From NCBI GenBank assembly GCA_963791045.1, contig CAWBQK010000002.1:74235-138234 (forward strand): 64,000 bases of DNA. The letters run 5' to 3'. The DNA comes from Candidatus Latescibacterota bacterium. Its GTDB lineage: Bacteria; Krumholzibacteriota; Krumholzibacteriia; WVZY01. Positions 39,922 through 50,449 of this stretch are shown here, in pieces (within the stretch, counting starts at the first letter, position 1; each line of letters starts with the position of its first letter). The position numbers were made by a program, and so were the translations under genes. A model generated the notes under the pieces. The model did no database searches. It was not told the DNA's origin and saw only the letters and a list, made by a program, of their open reading frames with translations.

Positions 39922-41185
39922 TCATTCCTGCCTGGTGTATCGGTTCATCACCTCCGCGCCAAGCACTCGTTTGGCCTCATTCCGGTTGTGTCTCCCGCAC
40001 AGAAGCCTCAGGTTATCTTTGGTGTTCCCGCCGCCTTTTGCGAATGGTTTGATGTGATCGATCTGGATCCCCCATGTCGAGTTGCAGCGCTTGTTATTTG
40101 CGCCGACATAAGTGCACTTCCCACCGTCGCGTTTGAACACGGCGTCTCTTACAGCCGCCCCGATGTGCCGCGTGCGTTTTTGCGCGTCGCCCTCACGCTC
40201 AACTGCGGGTCCCTGGTTCTCCGGTCGTCGTTCGTTCCCGACAGCCCCTCCTTTTCCCGTGGGTTTCTGCTTCTCGGTTCGTCGTTTGTCCCCGTCCGCC
40301 CTTTCTTTGCCCTTGGGCTCCCGATCTCGTTTCTCGTTATGTTTTTCGAGCTTCTTGGCCCGGCGTTTCTCTCGTCGTTCGTGACGCACCTCCGGACTGT
40401 GTCGGTCGATAAACTCATCCATCACAGCTTCGAACACATTCTCGAATGATCCGCCCGGCATTTTGTGAGACAGAAGCGATTTGACCTCTTCAAGTTTGCC
40501 CATGAATTCTTCGGTTGCGAGGAACTGGATGAGCAAACGCTGTTCGGTGCGACCGGCATCGCTCCGTTTGTCCGTGTGATTCTCGCGGGCGCCCCCAAAC
40601 CCTCAACTCGCTCTGTTTCTCCCCGTCGGTCGAGCGCTTCAACTATTCCGGAATTACTTCGATTGCTACTCCCGGACCGGGAGTTAAAAATCAACGGGTT
40701 ACGGCGATTTGCTGGAGTTTTGCCTGATTCGGGGGTGGCCACTCGAACCGGGCGGACGCGATCGCGGTAGGCTACCGGGTGGTTTATAGCGGGCGACAAT
40801 CGACTCGACTTGCCGCTCGGTTTTGCCTCGGATCTCCCGAAGAAGAAGATCCTTGTTGCTCATCATTAAGGATCGATGCGACGAGACCCACGGTGGTCAG
40901 ATTTGCCTCACCGGAGTCAAGGAGATCGAAAACTTCGGGGTAACGATGAACACACCTGGCTGTTGCGATTCTCCGCCCGGCCGCGGACCGTGAGTACCCG
41001 AGGGCGCCGACACAATAATCAAAGAGGGAACTGAAACCGTATCCGAGATAGAGATCACGTCGCTCAACTTCAGCGAGATGAACGAAAATTGAAAGGGTCG
41101 TTTGCTTTTCTTGCGCGACGAGTTTATGGAGACGAGAGAGAAGTATTTTGTCTGAGAGACTTGCGAGCGATCGATTGGAAGACAT
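39922..41185 (-). CDS. DUF222-like N-terminal plus HNH endonuclease; about three frameshifts (errors or pseudogene)
   Basis: LAEVERRDLY..GFSSLFDYC..LGYS..AA.RRI N-terminus; RDGGKC...C...IDHIKPFAKGG...NLRLLC..HN C-terminus. Confidence 0.8.
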
Positions 41186-41266
41186 GGGGGACCTCCCGGG
41201 GAAAGGCGTCGTGTAGTTGACTTACGACAGATGCACATGTCAACGGGGAGGATCGTCAACACTAGT

Positions 41267-41275
41267 ATTATAACA
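41267..41275 (-). promoter_or_regulatory. Extended -10 promoter for the HNH gene
   Basis: Minus strand reads TGTTATAAT about 80 nt upstream of the ATG. Confidence 0.5.
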
Positions 41276-41330
41276 TGAGGGTTTTTGGCTTCCGCACAAC
41301 GCGCGACAACGCATAACACGACCCGACAAT

Positions 41331-41359
41331 ACAAAAACGTCTCGATAAAATCAAGACGT
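41331..41359 (-). terminator. Putative intrinsic terminator between cstA and the HNH gene
   Basis: Minus strand ACGTCTTGAT-TTT-ATCGAGACGT followed by TTTT. Confidence 0.45.
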
Positions 41360-41561
41360 CCTCGTCGGACACACAGAAAAGCACAGTACAAAAACACATG
41401 GGTACCACAGCTCGCAAAAAGATGCTTTCAAAAGTCCGTCAAGAAAAAAGCGGCAGTGTGAAAAAAGTTTAGCATTACGAGCGTAAAGTACCGCTACGGC
41501 AAACAATCGTTATCGATTGCGGGCCCGGCCAGGCAGTAGTTGTGCGGATCCCCGATAGGCA

Positions 41562-43256
41562 CTAACTATTTGCAGTGACAGTTGGACTGTGGTCCGGTGC
41601 ATCGTCGCCTTCCTCTTCCGACACCATCTCGCCGTTGAACGCGCGGAGCGCCTCGACGATAAGCACGACGGCAAGTACAAAGAGAAATGCCGAAACCACG
41701 CGTATTACAACAAAGTCATTTTTGAAGAAGAGCATCACGAGCGCCAGAAGGGTGACCGCAAACATAAAGATCATCGGAATGATGACGAACCATGTTTGCC
41801 GCCCGGTCCGTTTCAGCCACACACCGACGGTGAGGAGCGCGAGCGCTCCGAGGAGTTGATTGGTCGCGCCAAACACCGGCCATATGGCGCGCCATGCGGG
41901 GATCACTTGCCCGGAAGCGTCCCTGAACTCGGTAAGCGCAAGCCACAGCGGCAAAACGAGCGTCGCCGTGGTGGCGATGAGATGCCATTTCATTCCCCAG
42001 CGATCAACAAACTCCTCAAAGATGTATCGGCCCAGTCGTGTTCCGGTATCGAGCGTGGTAAGAAGAAACGTACTGATCGCCAGAAGTCCGAACGAAGTCC
42101 CGAGCGCACTGGGAACGCCGAAGTTTCCGACAAAGCTACCCATTCCCGACGCAAAAACCTGCGCGGGCGAATTTCCCGCAAGGGCGCCGCCGGCAACGAC
42201 AACGGCGCTCACCGCAATAAGCGCGAGAAGCCCCTCGACGAGCATCGACCCATAGGCCACCGGCCGCGCGGCGCGTTCGTTCGAGAGTTGCTTGGCCGTC
42301 GTCCCCGATGCGACAATCGAGTGAAACCCCGAACACGCCCCGCATGCAATCGTGATAAAGAGAGCGGGAAAAAGATAACCAATGTTGGCGTTGAACCCAA
42401 GGAACGCCGGCGTGTCGAGCTTGTACCCGCCGAGCATGATTCCACCTAATCCGCCGAACACGCAGGCGAGAAGAAGATACGATGACAGGTAGTCGCGTGG
42501 CTGCAACAGCACCCACACGGGTGTGATCGACGCGACAAAGCAATAGACGAGAAGAATCAAAGTCCACGTGGTCTTGGGATCGCCGTGGGCGAGCGCGGGT
42601 GGTGCGCCCATAGGGAAGACCTGTCCGAGATAGATCGCAAGAAACACCAACGGAACAAAAACAAACGACGCCTTAACGAGCGAGACTTTTATTCGATATA
42701 CGGCAAGCCCGAGAAGGATGGCAAGGATGATGTACATCAGCGATGAACTCGCCACGCCGCCGTCCTTTGTAAAGCTGTCCGCGGTAAGATCGACAAAGAC
42801 GGTGAGGACGTAGACCATGGTGAGCCAGATGAAAGCGAGATAGAGTTTGTGCGCGAGCGGACTCATCATTCGTTTGGCGACCTGGGCGATCGACCGCGCC
42901 TTGTGACGGATCGAGACGATGAGCGACGCGTAATCGTGAACGCCGCCGATAAAGATCGAGCCGAGAACGATCCAGATCACTGCGGGGAGCCAGCCGAAGA
43001 ACGCGACGGCAATGATGGGCCCGACGATCGGTCCCGCCCCCGCGATCGACGAGAAGTGATGGCCCATAAGCACCGGTGTCTTCGCCGGCATGTAATCGAG
43101 TCCGTCGTAATTTGTGTGCGCGGGCGTCCGGCGGTCGGGTTTGATTCCAAAACGGCGGTCGAGAAAAGCGCCATAGAAACGATAACCGAGTATAAAGAGC
43201 ACGACGCCAATGATGATAAGAATGACCACGGGGTGTCGGTCCTTTCGGATGGTCAC
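41562..43256 (-). CDS. cstA: Carbon starvation protein A family transporter
   Basis: GHHFSSIAGAGPIVGP, GGVHD, PVWVLLQPRDYL, IACGACSGFHS, FGATNQLL; start uncertain. Confidence 0.93.
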   Translation of the reverse strand: MTIRKDRHPVVILIIIGVVLFILGYRFYGAFLDRRFGIKPDRRTPAHTNYDGLDYMPAKTPVLMGHHFSSIAGAGPIVGPIIAVAFFGWLPAVIWIVLGSIFIGGVHDYASLIVSIRHKARSIAQVAKRMMSPLAHKLYLAFIWLTMVYVLTVFVDLTADSFTKDGGVASSSLMYIILAILLGLAVYRIKVSLVKASFVFVPLVFLAIYLGQVFPMGAPPALAHGDPKTTWTLILLVYCFVASITPVWVLLQPRDYLSSYLLLACVFGGLGGIMLGGYKLDTPAFLGFNANIGYLFPALFITIACGACSGFHSIVASGTTAKQLSNERAARPVAYGSMLVEGLLALIAVSAVVVAGGALAGNSPAQVFASGMGSFVGNFGVPSALGTSFGLLAISTFLLTTLDTGTRLGRYIFEEFVDRWGMKWHLIATTATLVLPLWLALTEFRDASGQVIPAWRAIWPVFGATNQLLGALALLTVGVWLKRTGRQTWFVIIPMIFMFAVTLLALVMLFFKNDFVVIRVVSAFLFVLAVVLIVEALRAFNGEMVSEEEGDDAPDHSPTVTANS

Positions 43257-43319
43257 GGTGAGCTAGTCAACAGTGGGTCTTCGCTCCAAGATATCCTCTG
43301 GGAGGCCATAACGTCAAGA

Positions 43320-43352
43320 GGGCCGCGGCGCCTGGGTGAAGCGCCGCGGCCC
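43320..43352 (-). terminator. Strong GC hairpin after nitroreductase
   Basis: GGGCCGCGGCGC / GCGCCGCGGCCC 12-bp stem; weak U tail. Confidence 0.45.
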
Positions 43353-43383
43353 ATATTCGTCGCGTGACAGAAACGTTCTGAGA

Positions 43384-43989
43384 TCAGAACGAATTCTCCA
43401 TAACGATCTCTTCGAGGGGGAGTTGTCCCGGCTTTGGCCAGGTGTCTTTCGTGCCCTTGCCGATCGCCACCATCGGTCCCATGACGTGGTCTTCGGGGAG
43501 ATTGATCAGCTCCGCCACTTTTTCTATATCGAATCCGATCATCGGGCATGAATCATAGCCCATTTCCTGAGAGGCGAGCATCAGGGTCTGCATGGCCATA
43601 CCGATCGACCGCTGCGCCTCGTCGCGCTGAAGCCACTCGCGGCCTTCGTGAAAGGGACCCATCCAACCAACGAGGAGATCGGATACTTCCTTCGGCGCGT
43701 TGACCCAGTATCTCTCCGGGTTCTTTTTCCATGCCTTTGTGTCTCCAGTGAAGAGAACGAGAAGCGACGCGTCGGTCATTTGCGACTGGTCGTTTCCGAA
43801 CTCTTTGCGGATCTTCGCGCGAAGCTCGGGATCACGAAGAATCACAAAGCGCCAGTGCTGGATATTGAAGCTCGTCGGCGCCTGGATCATTGCTTCCATC
43901 AACTTCTTTTCTTCTTCTTTTGTGAGCTTGTGTGCCGCGTCAAACTGCTTCACCGCGCGTCTTTTGTAAATGGCCTCTATTGCTTTCAT
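43384..43989 (-). CDS. Nitroreductase family protein
   Basis: RRAVKQF, APTSFNIQHWRF, GYDSCPMIGFD. Confidence 0.92.
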   Translation of the reverse strand: MKAIEAIYKRRAVKQFDAAHKLTKEEEKKLMEAMIQAPTSFNIQHWRFVILRDPELRAKIRKEFGNDQSQMTDASLLVLFTGDTKAWKKNPERYWVNAPKEVSDLLVGWMGPFHEGREWLQRDEAQRSIGMAMQTLMLASQEMGYDSCPMIGFDIEKVAELINLPEDHVMGPMVAIGKGTKDTWPKPGQLPLEEIVMENSF

Positions 43990-44181
43990 GTCCGGGTCTC
44001 CTTTGAATTATGGAATTGAATAATCGTTTTTGCTCGTACTCGAAAATGGGCCGTTCAGGGTCTTGTCCAATTTGTCGTAGAAACGCCCAAAAAGTTACTG
44101 TCTTTTTTCCGTGCCCCCGGAGAGACTCACGCCGGGCGGCTGGAAAGGGCGCCGGAATTCGCGTCTTTCCGGAGGGGCCGA

Positions 44182-44234
44182 TTGCGTTTGGCGTCGTGAT
44201 TGCCTATAATTTGGAATGACCTAAGATATTGATT
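44182..44234 (+). promoter_or_regulatory. Sigma70 promoter with a downstream IHF-like site
   Basis: TTGCGT-17nt-TATAAT (44182-44210); TAAGATATTGATT (44222-34). Confidence 0.55.
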
Positions 44235-44324
44235 TTCAAGGGTTCTCGGGTGGCCCGCAGGAGATCGATCGGCACGAGGGGCGCGTGGATAAACGCGCTT
44301 TTTTGACCGGAGGGAAAAGAGACC

Positions 44325-45026
44325 GTGTTTCGCCGAGCCACAACCTTTTTACTTGTTGTCATTGTTGGCGTTACGCTCGCGCCGAGCCTCGCGCCCGCAA
44401 TCGGCGGCGACCCGGCCGGCGAGTACGGGGTCCGTATCGCCAGGGTCAAGTATGGCGGCGGGGGAGATTGGTATGCCGACCCATCGTCTATCCCCAACTG
44501 GCTCAGGGAGTTCGAGCGGCGGACGGGGGTCAAGACCCATCCGGAAGAGAAAATCGTCAGTGTGATGGACGAGAATCTCCGCGCGTTTCCCTTCCTTTAT
44601 ATTACCGGCCACGGAACGGTCCGGTTCAGCGCCGAAGAGATCGAGACGCTGCGCGACTACCTGGAATCGGGCGGATTCCTTTACGCGGACGACAATTACG
44701 GGCTCGATGCGTCTTTTCGCGAGTTCGTCCGCATGCTCTTCCCCGAGAAACAGCTCGAAGAAATCCCCAACTCGCACCCGATCTACCACGTTTTCTACGA
44801 TCTCCCGGGATTGCCGAAGATCCACGAGCACGACGGTAAGCGCCCGCAAGGGCTTGGCGTGACGATCGATGGACGGCTGGCCCTTTATCTATCGTACGAA
44901 TCCGACATCGGGGACGGGCTCGAAGACGCCCGGGTCCACGACGATCCGCCCGAGAAGCGGGAACTGGCCATGCGCATGGCTGTAAATATATTAATGTACG
45001 CCATTACTCAGGAAGCGCTGCCCTAG
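44325..45026 (+). CDS. DUF4159 domain protein (secreted)
   Basis: IARVKYGGGGDWY, PFLYITGHG, GGFLYADDNYG, HPIYH, DIGDGLED. Confidence 0.88.
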   Translation: MFRRATTFLLVVIVGVTLAPSLAPAIGGDPAGEYGVRIARVKYGGGGDWYADPSSIPNWLREFERRTGVKTHPEEKIVSVMDENLRAFPFLYITGHGTVRFSAEEIETLRDYLESGGFLYADDNYGLDASFREFVRMLFPEKQLEEIPNSHPIYHVFYDLPGLPKIHEHDGKRPQGLGVTIDGRLALYLSYESDIGDGLEDARVHDDPPEKRELAMRMAVNILMYAITQEALP

Positions 45027-45103
45027 GGGGGCGCCGGGTGCGCGGGAAAACCGCGCGGATGAAGCGACAGGGCCGGCTATACGCCGCAAGCAAAAGAGTG
45101 TTC

Positions 45104-48100
45104 ATGACCGACGGCACGCCAAATATGTTCGAGACGGAACTTCGCCGCGAGTTGAAGCGCATCCTCGCGAAGACGATGATGCTCCGCGCGGTCGCGGGGC
45201 TGCTCACGTTTGTCGCGGTCGCCGCGTGGGTGTTTCTCGCCGTTGTTCTGATTTCAATGTTGACGGGTGCGCCGGGCGCGTCCTTCGCCGTTGTGTTCAG
45301 TCGAACGGTTGTCATTCTTCTGATTCTGCTTTTTGCCGCGCTCGTTGTGTATCCAGTGCTGAGAACGCCGAGTCTAAGGAAGCTCTCGTTCGAACTGGAG
45401 AGCCGGCGTGATTTCCAGGATCTCGTTGCCGCGGGGTACGAGTTCTCGCGCGACGCATCGGCCGCATCGCGTTATTCACCCGACCTGATTCGCGAAGTGA
45501 TCCGCCAGGCCGTCGGCTCCATAAAAGATCTCGAGATTCGTTTCCTTTTTCTCGACCGGAATCAGCTCGCGTTTATCCCGCTGGCGTATACAGCGCTCGT
45601 CATATTGATAGTCGTCGCGCTTGTGTCGCCGACGACAATACTCACGGCCGGCAAGCGAATTACGGCGCCGCGCGATGTCGCCGCGGTCGAGCACGAGGCC
45701 AACCTCTTTTGCTCCCCAGGCGACATAACGGTGATCTCGGGATCGGATGTCGAAATCGTAGCGCGCGACTTTGGCGGTTCGGAAGAAGCGGTCACAGCTC
45801 TCTTACGACCTGCCAGGGGATTCTGGAAAACGGAGCCGACGAACAGAGCGCCAAGCGACCGACAACGAAGGCGCCGCGACAGAGCCGCGAATACGTCTAC
45901 ACCTTCAGCGATATCCGCGGCACCCTGTCCTATTATTTCGAACGCGGCGAGAACAAGACCGCCATCTTTACGATCACCGTGGTCAACAAACCAGTCGTGA
46001 CCGCGCTCTCACTGGTTTTCACCCCGCCGTCGTATACAGGCGAGGCGCCCGACACGCTCATCGATGCGGCGGAAGCGTCCACGCCCTCGAAGGCACACGC
46101 GTCGCAATTAAAGGGAAATCAAACAACATCCTCGACAAGGCGTGGATCCAGTTCGATGACGGCGAGAAGAAACCTATCGCCATCGCCGGCCGCGATTTCG
46201 AACTCGAATTCCCCGCACTTCGCGACGGCACATACGGAATCGTGCATGCGCGACAGCCTCGGTCACGAAACCGATGAACCGCTGGTTTATGCGATGGAAG
46301 TCTACGAAGACCATCCGCCGGTTCTCGATGTCCTCGAACCGGGGACCGATTCGATGCTCCCCAGAAATTTCAAGGTCGACCTCGGGTTCACCGCGGCGGA
46401 CGACTACGGCGTCAACAGGGCGGCCGTCTACTTTCGCAAGAGCGGTCACGAGAAGTACCCGGCGCCCGAATTCCCCTCGGCCCCCACGCGGGCAAACGCG
46501 AGCTCATCGTGATGTACGAGTGGAGCCTCGAGGGTGTCGAGCTTTTTCCCGGCGACTATCTCGAGTATTTCATCCAGGTCGAGGACAACAACACGGTCAC
46601 CGGCCCCGGCGTCGCCAAGAGCCGCATCTTTCACATTTCGGTTCCCACGATGGCGGAGCTGTACCGGAGCGTTGAAGAGGAAAGCTCGAAGCAGACCGAT
46701 CTCGTACAGGAAGCGATCAAAGAGGGCCGCGAGCTAAAAGAACGCATCGAGAAGATAGCCCGCGAGATGAAAAAAACCGACGAAGTCGACTGGAGTCAGC
46801 AAAAGGAAATCGACAAGGCCGTCGCGTCGCAAGAAAAGATTCAGGAAAAACTCGAAGAGATGCACAAGTCACTCGACGACACGCTCGAGTCCCTTTCCGA
46901 GAACCGGATGACCTCGCAGGAAATCGGCGAAAAGATGGAGGAAATCAACCGCCTGATCGAAGAGATAAACAGCGAGGAACTCAACAAGTACATCGAAGAG
47001 ATGCAGAAGGCGATGGAGAAGCTCGACCCCGAGGAGATCCGCAAGGCGCTCGAGAACGTCAATATGAGTGCGGAGGACATGCTCCGGAGTCTCGAGCGAA
47101 CCGAGTCGCTCCTCAAGGAAATCCAGCGGGAACAGGCCGTAGAGGAGATGGTCCGCAAAACCCGCGACCTCATGGAGGCCCAGGAGAAACTGAGCGACGA
47201 GACTACCGACGCCGATGACGAGAACGAGATGGACGGGCTCTCGCAGGAGCAGGAAGAACTCGCCGAGCGTGCCGACGAACTCCAAAAGGAACTCGATGAA
47301 CTCGCCAATAAGATGGAGGATCAGAAGCTCGCCGAAGAGATGAAAGAGGCCTCGCAAAAGAACTCGATGAGCCAGACATCGAAAGAAATGAAGGAAGCCT
47401 CGAGTCAGCTCCAGCAGGGGACAGAAGAGCGAGGCGCAGTCGCATCAGGAAAAAGCCCAGGACAACATGATTTCGCTGTTCAAGAGCCTGGCGAATATGC
47501 AAATGCAGATGCAGTCGTCGTCGAGTCAAAAAGTTGCCATGAACCTGCAGCGGCTCGCCAACAGCACGCTCGAGATTTCTTTCAAGCAGGAAGAACTCAC
47601 GCACGAACTCCGCGAACAGATCTCCGCGCAGGACGGCGCCGATCAGACGAGGATCCGCGAGCTTGCCGAGGAGCAGCAGTCGTACGCTCGCGCGGTCGAA
47701 CAGATAGCCAACGAGCTCCATGAGATTTCAAAGGTGACGCTCGTCGTTCCCGAGGCGCTTCTCGAAGCGCTCGGGCGCTGCATACAGAACATGGAAAGCT
47801 CGCTCCTTTTCCTCGAACAGGCGAAGCCTTTTATGTCGACGACGAATGCCACCCAGGCCACGACGACACTCAACGAAATCACAATCGACCTTTTGCGCGC
47901 GTGCAAGAACTGTTCGGGCGGCGGTTCGGGCCAGTCGCAGGGCAACCCGATGATGCAGCGCTTGCTCTCGGGTCAGCAGCAGGTGCTTCGCGAGACAGAG
48001 AATTTACTCGCCATGCGCGCAGGGCAGGAAAAGATGCGACAGCAGATGCAGGCCGAGGTGGAGCGTCTCAGTGGCGAGCAGCGCTCGCTAAAAGAGATCG

Positions 48101-48495
48101 CCGAGCAGATCCGTGACGACCTCAACAAGGAAGACACGCCGCTCGGCCGGATGGACCGCATTATAGACGAGATGGACGAGATCATCCGCGACATGGAAAG
48201 CGGGGCTCTCGATCAGAGCACGCTCGACAAAGAGGAGCGGATTCTGAGCCGACTTCTCGATGCCCAGCGGTCGATCCACTCGAGGGATTACGAAAAGAAA
48301 CGGACGAGCGAAACGGCGGGCGAGATGTACTCAGACGCTACGGGGTTCCCGGCGTCACGGCAGCAGTCGCAGATGCTCCGCGAGGAGATCCGGCGGGCCA
48401 TGGCGTTGAAAGCACCCGGCGAATTCGAAGACTTGATACGGCTCTATTTCCGCGCGTTGGCCGAAGAGGCGACGACCGGCCGGAGCGGCGAGTGA
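45104..48495 (+). CDS. DUF4175-like membrane protein with Ig-like and long coiled-coil regions; several frameshifts
   Basis: N-terminal TMs, PPSYT, A.DDYGV, DNNTVTGP, Q/E-rich coiled coils, ILSRLLDAQRS, LIRLYF, assembled over ORFs 45038-48495. Confidence 0.75.
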
Positions 48496-48514
48496 CAAAC
48501 ACGGGTCATTAGAT

Positions 48515-50449
48515 TTGAAAAAAGCCAAACGAAAATTCTTTTGTATAGTTCTTGTTGTTTGCCTCGCCGCGGTCGCGATGTCGGCGGTGACGCCGGTCGC
48601 GTTTGCGCAGGCTCCCAAAGTGATGACGCCGGACACGCAGAAGAAAAACCTGTCCACGGCGATTCGCGTCATCCGGCCGATGATGCGCGACGATCCCGAA
48701 AGCGCGATCCGGATGCTCCACGATCTCGAAAGACAGTATCCATACAACGCGCAGGTTCTCAATCTGCTTGGGGAGACATTTCAGGTCAGCGGACAGATCG
48801 ATTCGGCAATCGCCGTTTACAAGCGGTGTCACACGGCAAAGCCAAACGATATTCGCTCGGGCGCCGAACTGGGAACGCTTTACATAGGGAACGATCAGCG
48901 GCAAAAGGGCGACGCGGTTTTTGCCGATATGATCACGCGGACCAAGGGGTCTATAAACACCTACAGGACGATTGCCACGGCGCTATCGAGAAACCGCTTC
49001 TACGACCAGGCGCTCCGGATGTACGAAGAGGGCCGCGAAGTAAACAACGGCAACTACATCCTTACTCTCGACATCGCCCACCTCCGAAGGACGATGGGTG
49101 ATTTCAACGGCGCGCTCGACGAATACGTTTATCTTATTAACACGTCCCCCAAACACCAGCGTCTCGCGAAGGATCGGATTCTTGAATTGATTCGCGACCC
49201 GCGGGTGGGCCCTGAGTCGCTTCTCGATCAACTCGCCGAAGCGGCCGCGGTGGAGTCGCCGTACCGTCCCGCGATTCTCGAAACGCTCGCGCTTGCGTAT
49301 CTCGAGAAAGGAATGATCGAGAAAGCCCTCGCGGCGGCGCTGGAAGCGGAAACGATCGGGCCGTCCGATGGCAAGGTGCTCTTTAGTCTCGCCGATAAAA
49401 CCGTTGCCGAGTACCATCGTCAGCCGTACGAAGACCGCCCACGGTATTTCGACATGGCGCTGCGCGCGCTCGAAACATTTATCACCGGTCATCCGAAATC
49501 GCCCCAGCTCCCGCGCGCCAAGCTGATGCTCGTCGACCTTCTCGTGGATCTTGCCCTGGGCCGCGTAGAAAGTGCCGGTGGTATCGAACTGGAAACGGCG
49601 ACCATCACCGCCCTCGAAGCTCTCGACTGGATGATCGAGTCTTTTCCCGGGACGGACCATGCCGAACAAGCCTATCTCAAAAAGGGTGACGTGGTTTTCC
49701 GTCTCAAGAAGCAACCCGAAGAGGCCGCCCTCATCTACAAAGAGGGGATGAGCAAATCGCGGTTCTATCCCACGACATTCGCCGAGCGCCTCGGACGTCT
49801 CTATCTCGTTATTGGCGATTATGAAAACGCCGAACGGTATTTTGTGCAGCTCATCAATCAGAAAGACCAGGAACTAAAAGAAGCGGGCGTGTTCTACACG
49901 GGGCTGCTTCTCAGCATAACGGGGGAATACGAGGCGGCACGCGATACGCTGACATCGATGGCGGAGGGAAACCCCGCGTCCCAGTTTACCAACGATGCCA
50001 TTCGTCTTTCCTGGGTGATCGAAGAGGGGCTGCAGGGTGACCAGAAAGTGCTGGGCCGGTTTATAGATGCCCTCAAGTATGAAGTGGCGGAGGACACGAC
50101 CAAAGCCCTCGGCGCGCTGGGCGATGTCGTTGCCAGGCCTGTCGAGACGCCGCTTCGCTCCCGGGCGCTTTTTCGCATGGGCCAGCTTTACCAGGGATCC
50201 GAGAAATCAAAAGACGCCCTCGGCGCTTTTGAAGCCTTTGTAAGAGACTACCCAACGGATACCCGCGTGCCCGACGCACACCGCAAAATCGCGCAAGTCT
50301 ATGAATACGGGCTTGGCGACACGGCGCTCGCGCTCGAAAAATACGAAGACATACTGCTCAGCTATCCTCATTACATTTTTCTCGATGAAATTCGCGCCGA
50401 CGTGACACGACTGCGAAATCAAATCGGAGCCACAGATGACTCTTCATAA
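48515..50449 (+). CDS. Secreted tetratricopeptide-repeat protein
   Basis: Signal peptide; many TPR-like helical repeats (AEQAYLKKG, ALFRMGQLY). Confidence 0.82.
   Translation: MKKAKRKFFCIVLVVCLAAVAMSAVTPVAFAQAPKVMTPDTQKKNLSTAIRVIRPMMRDDPESAIRMLHDLERQYPYNAQVLNLLGETFQVSGQIDSAIAVYKRCHTAKPNDIRSGAELGTLYIGNDQRQKGDAVFADMITRTKGSINTYRTIATALSRNRFYDQALRMYEEGREVNNGNYILTLDIAHLRRTMGDFNGALDEYVYLINTSPKHQRLAKDRILELIRDPRVGPESLLDQLAEAAAVESPYRPAILETLALAYLEKGMIEKALAAALEAETIGPSDGKVLFSLADKTVAEYHRQPYEDRPRYFDMALRALETFITGHPKSPQLPRAKLMLVDLLVDLALGRVESAGGIELETATITALEALDWMIESFPGTDHAEQAYLKKGDVVFRLKKQPEEAALIYKEGMSKSRFYPTTFAERLGRLYLVIGDYENAERYFVQLINQKDQELKEAGVFYTGLLLSITGEYEAARDTLTSMAEGNPASQFTNDAIRLSWVIEEGLQGDQKVLGRFIDALKYEVAEDTTKALGALGDVVARPVETPLRSRALFRMGQLYQGSEKSKDALGAFEAFVRDYPTDTRVPDAHRKIAQVYEYGLGDTALALEKYEDILLSYPHYIFLDEIRADVTRLRNQIGATDDSS

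Noticed and set aside
41186-41260. HEARO/omegaRNA-IscB locus suggested by GTCAAC/GTTGAC
   Set aside because: The leader is too short and the protein lacks PLMP and split RuvC motifs
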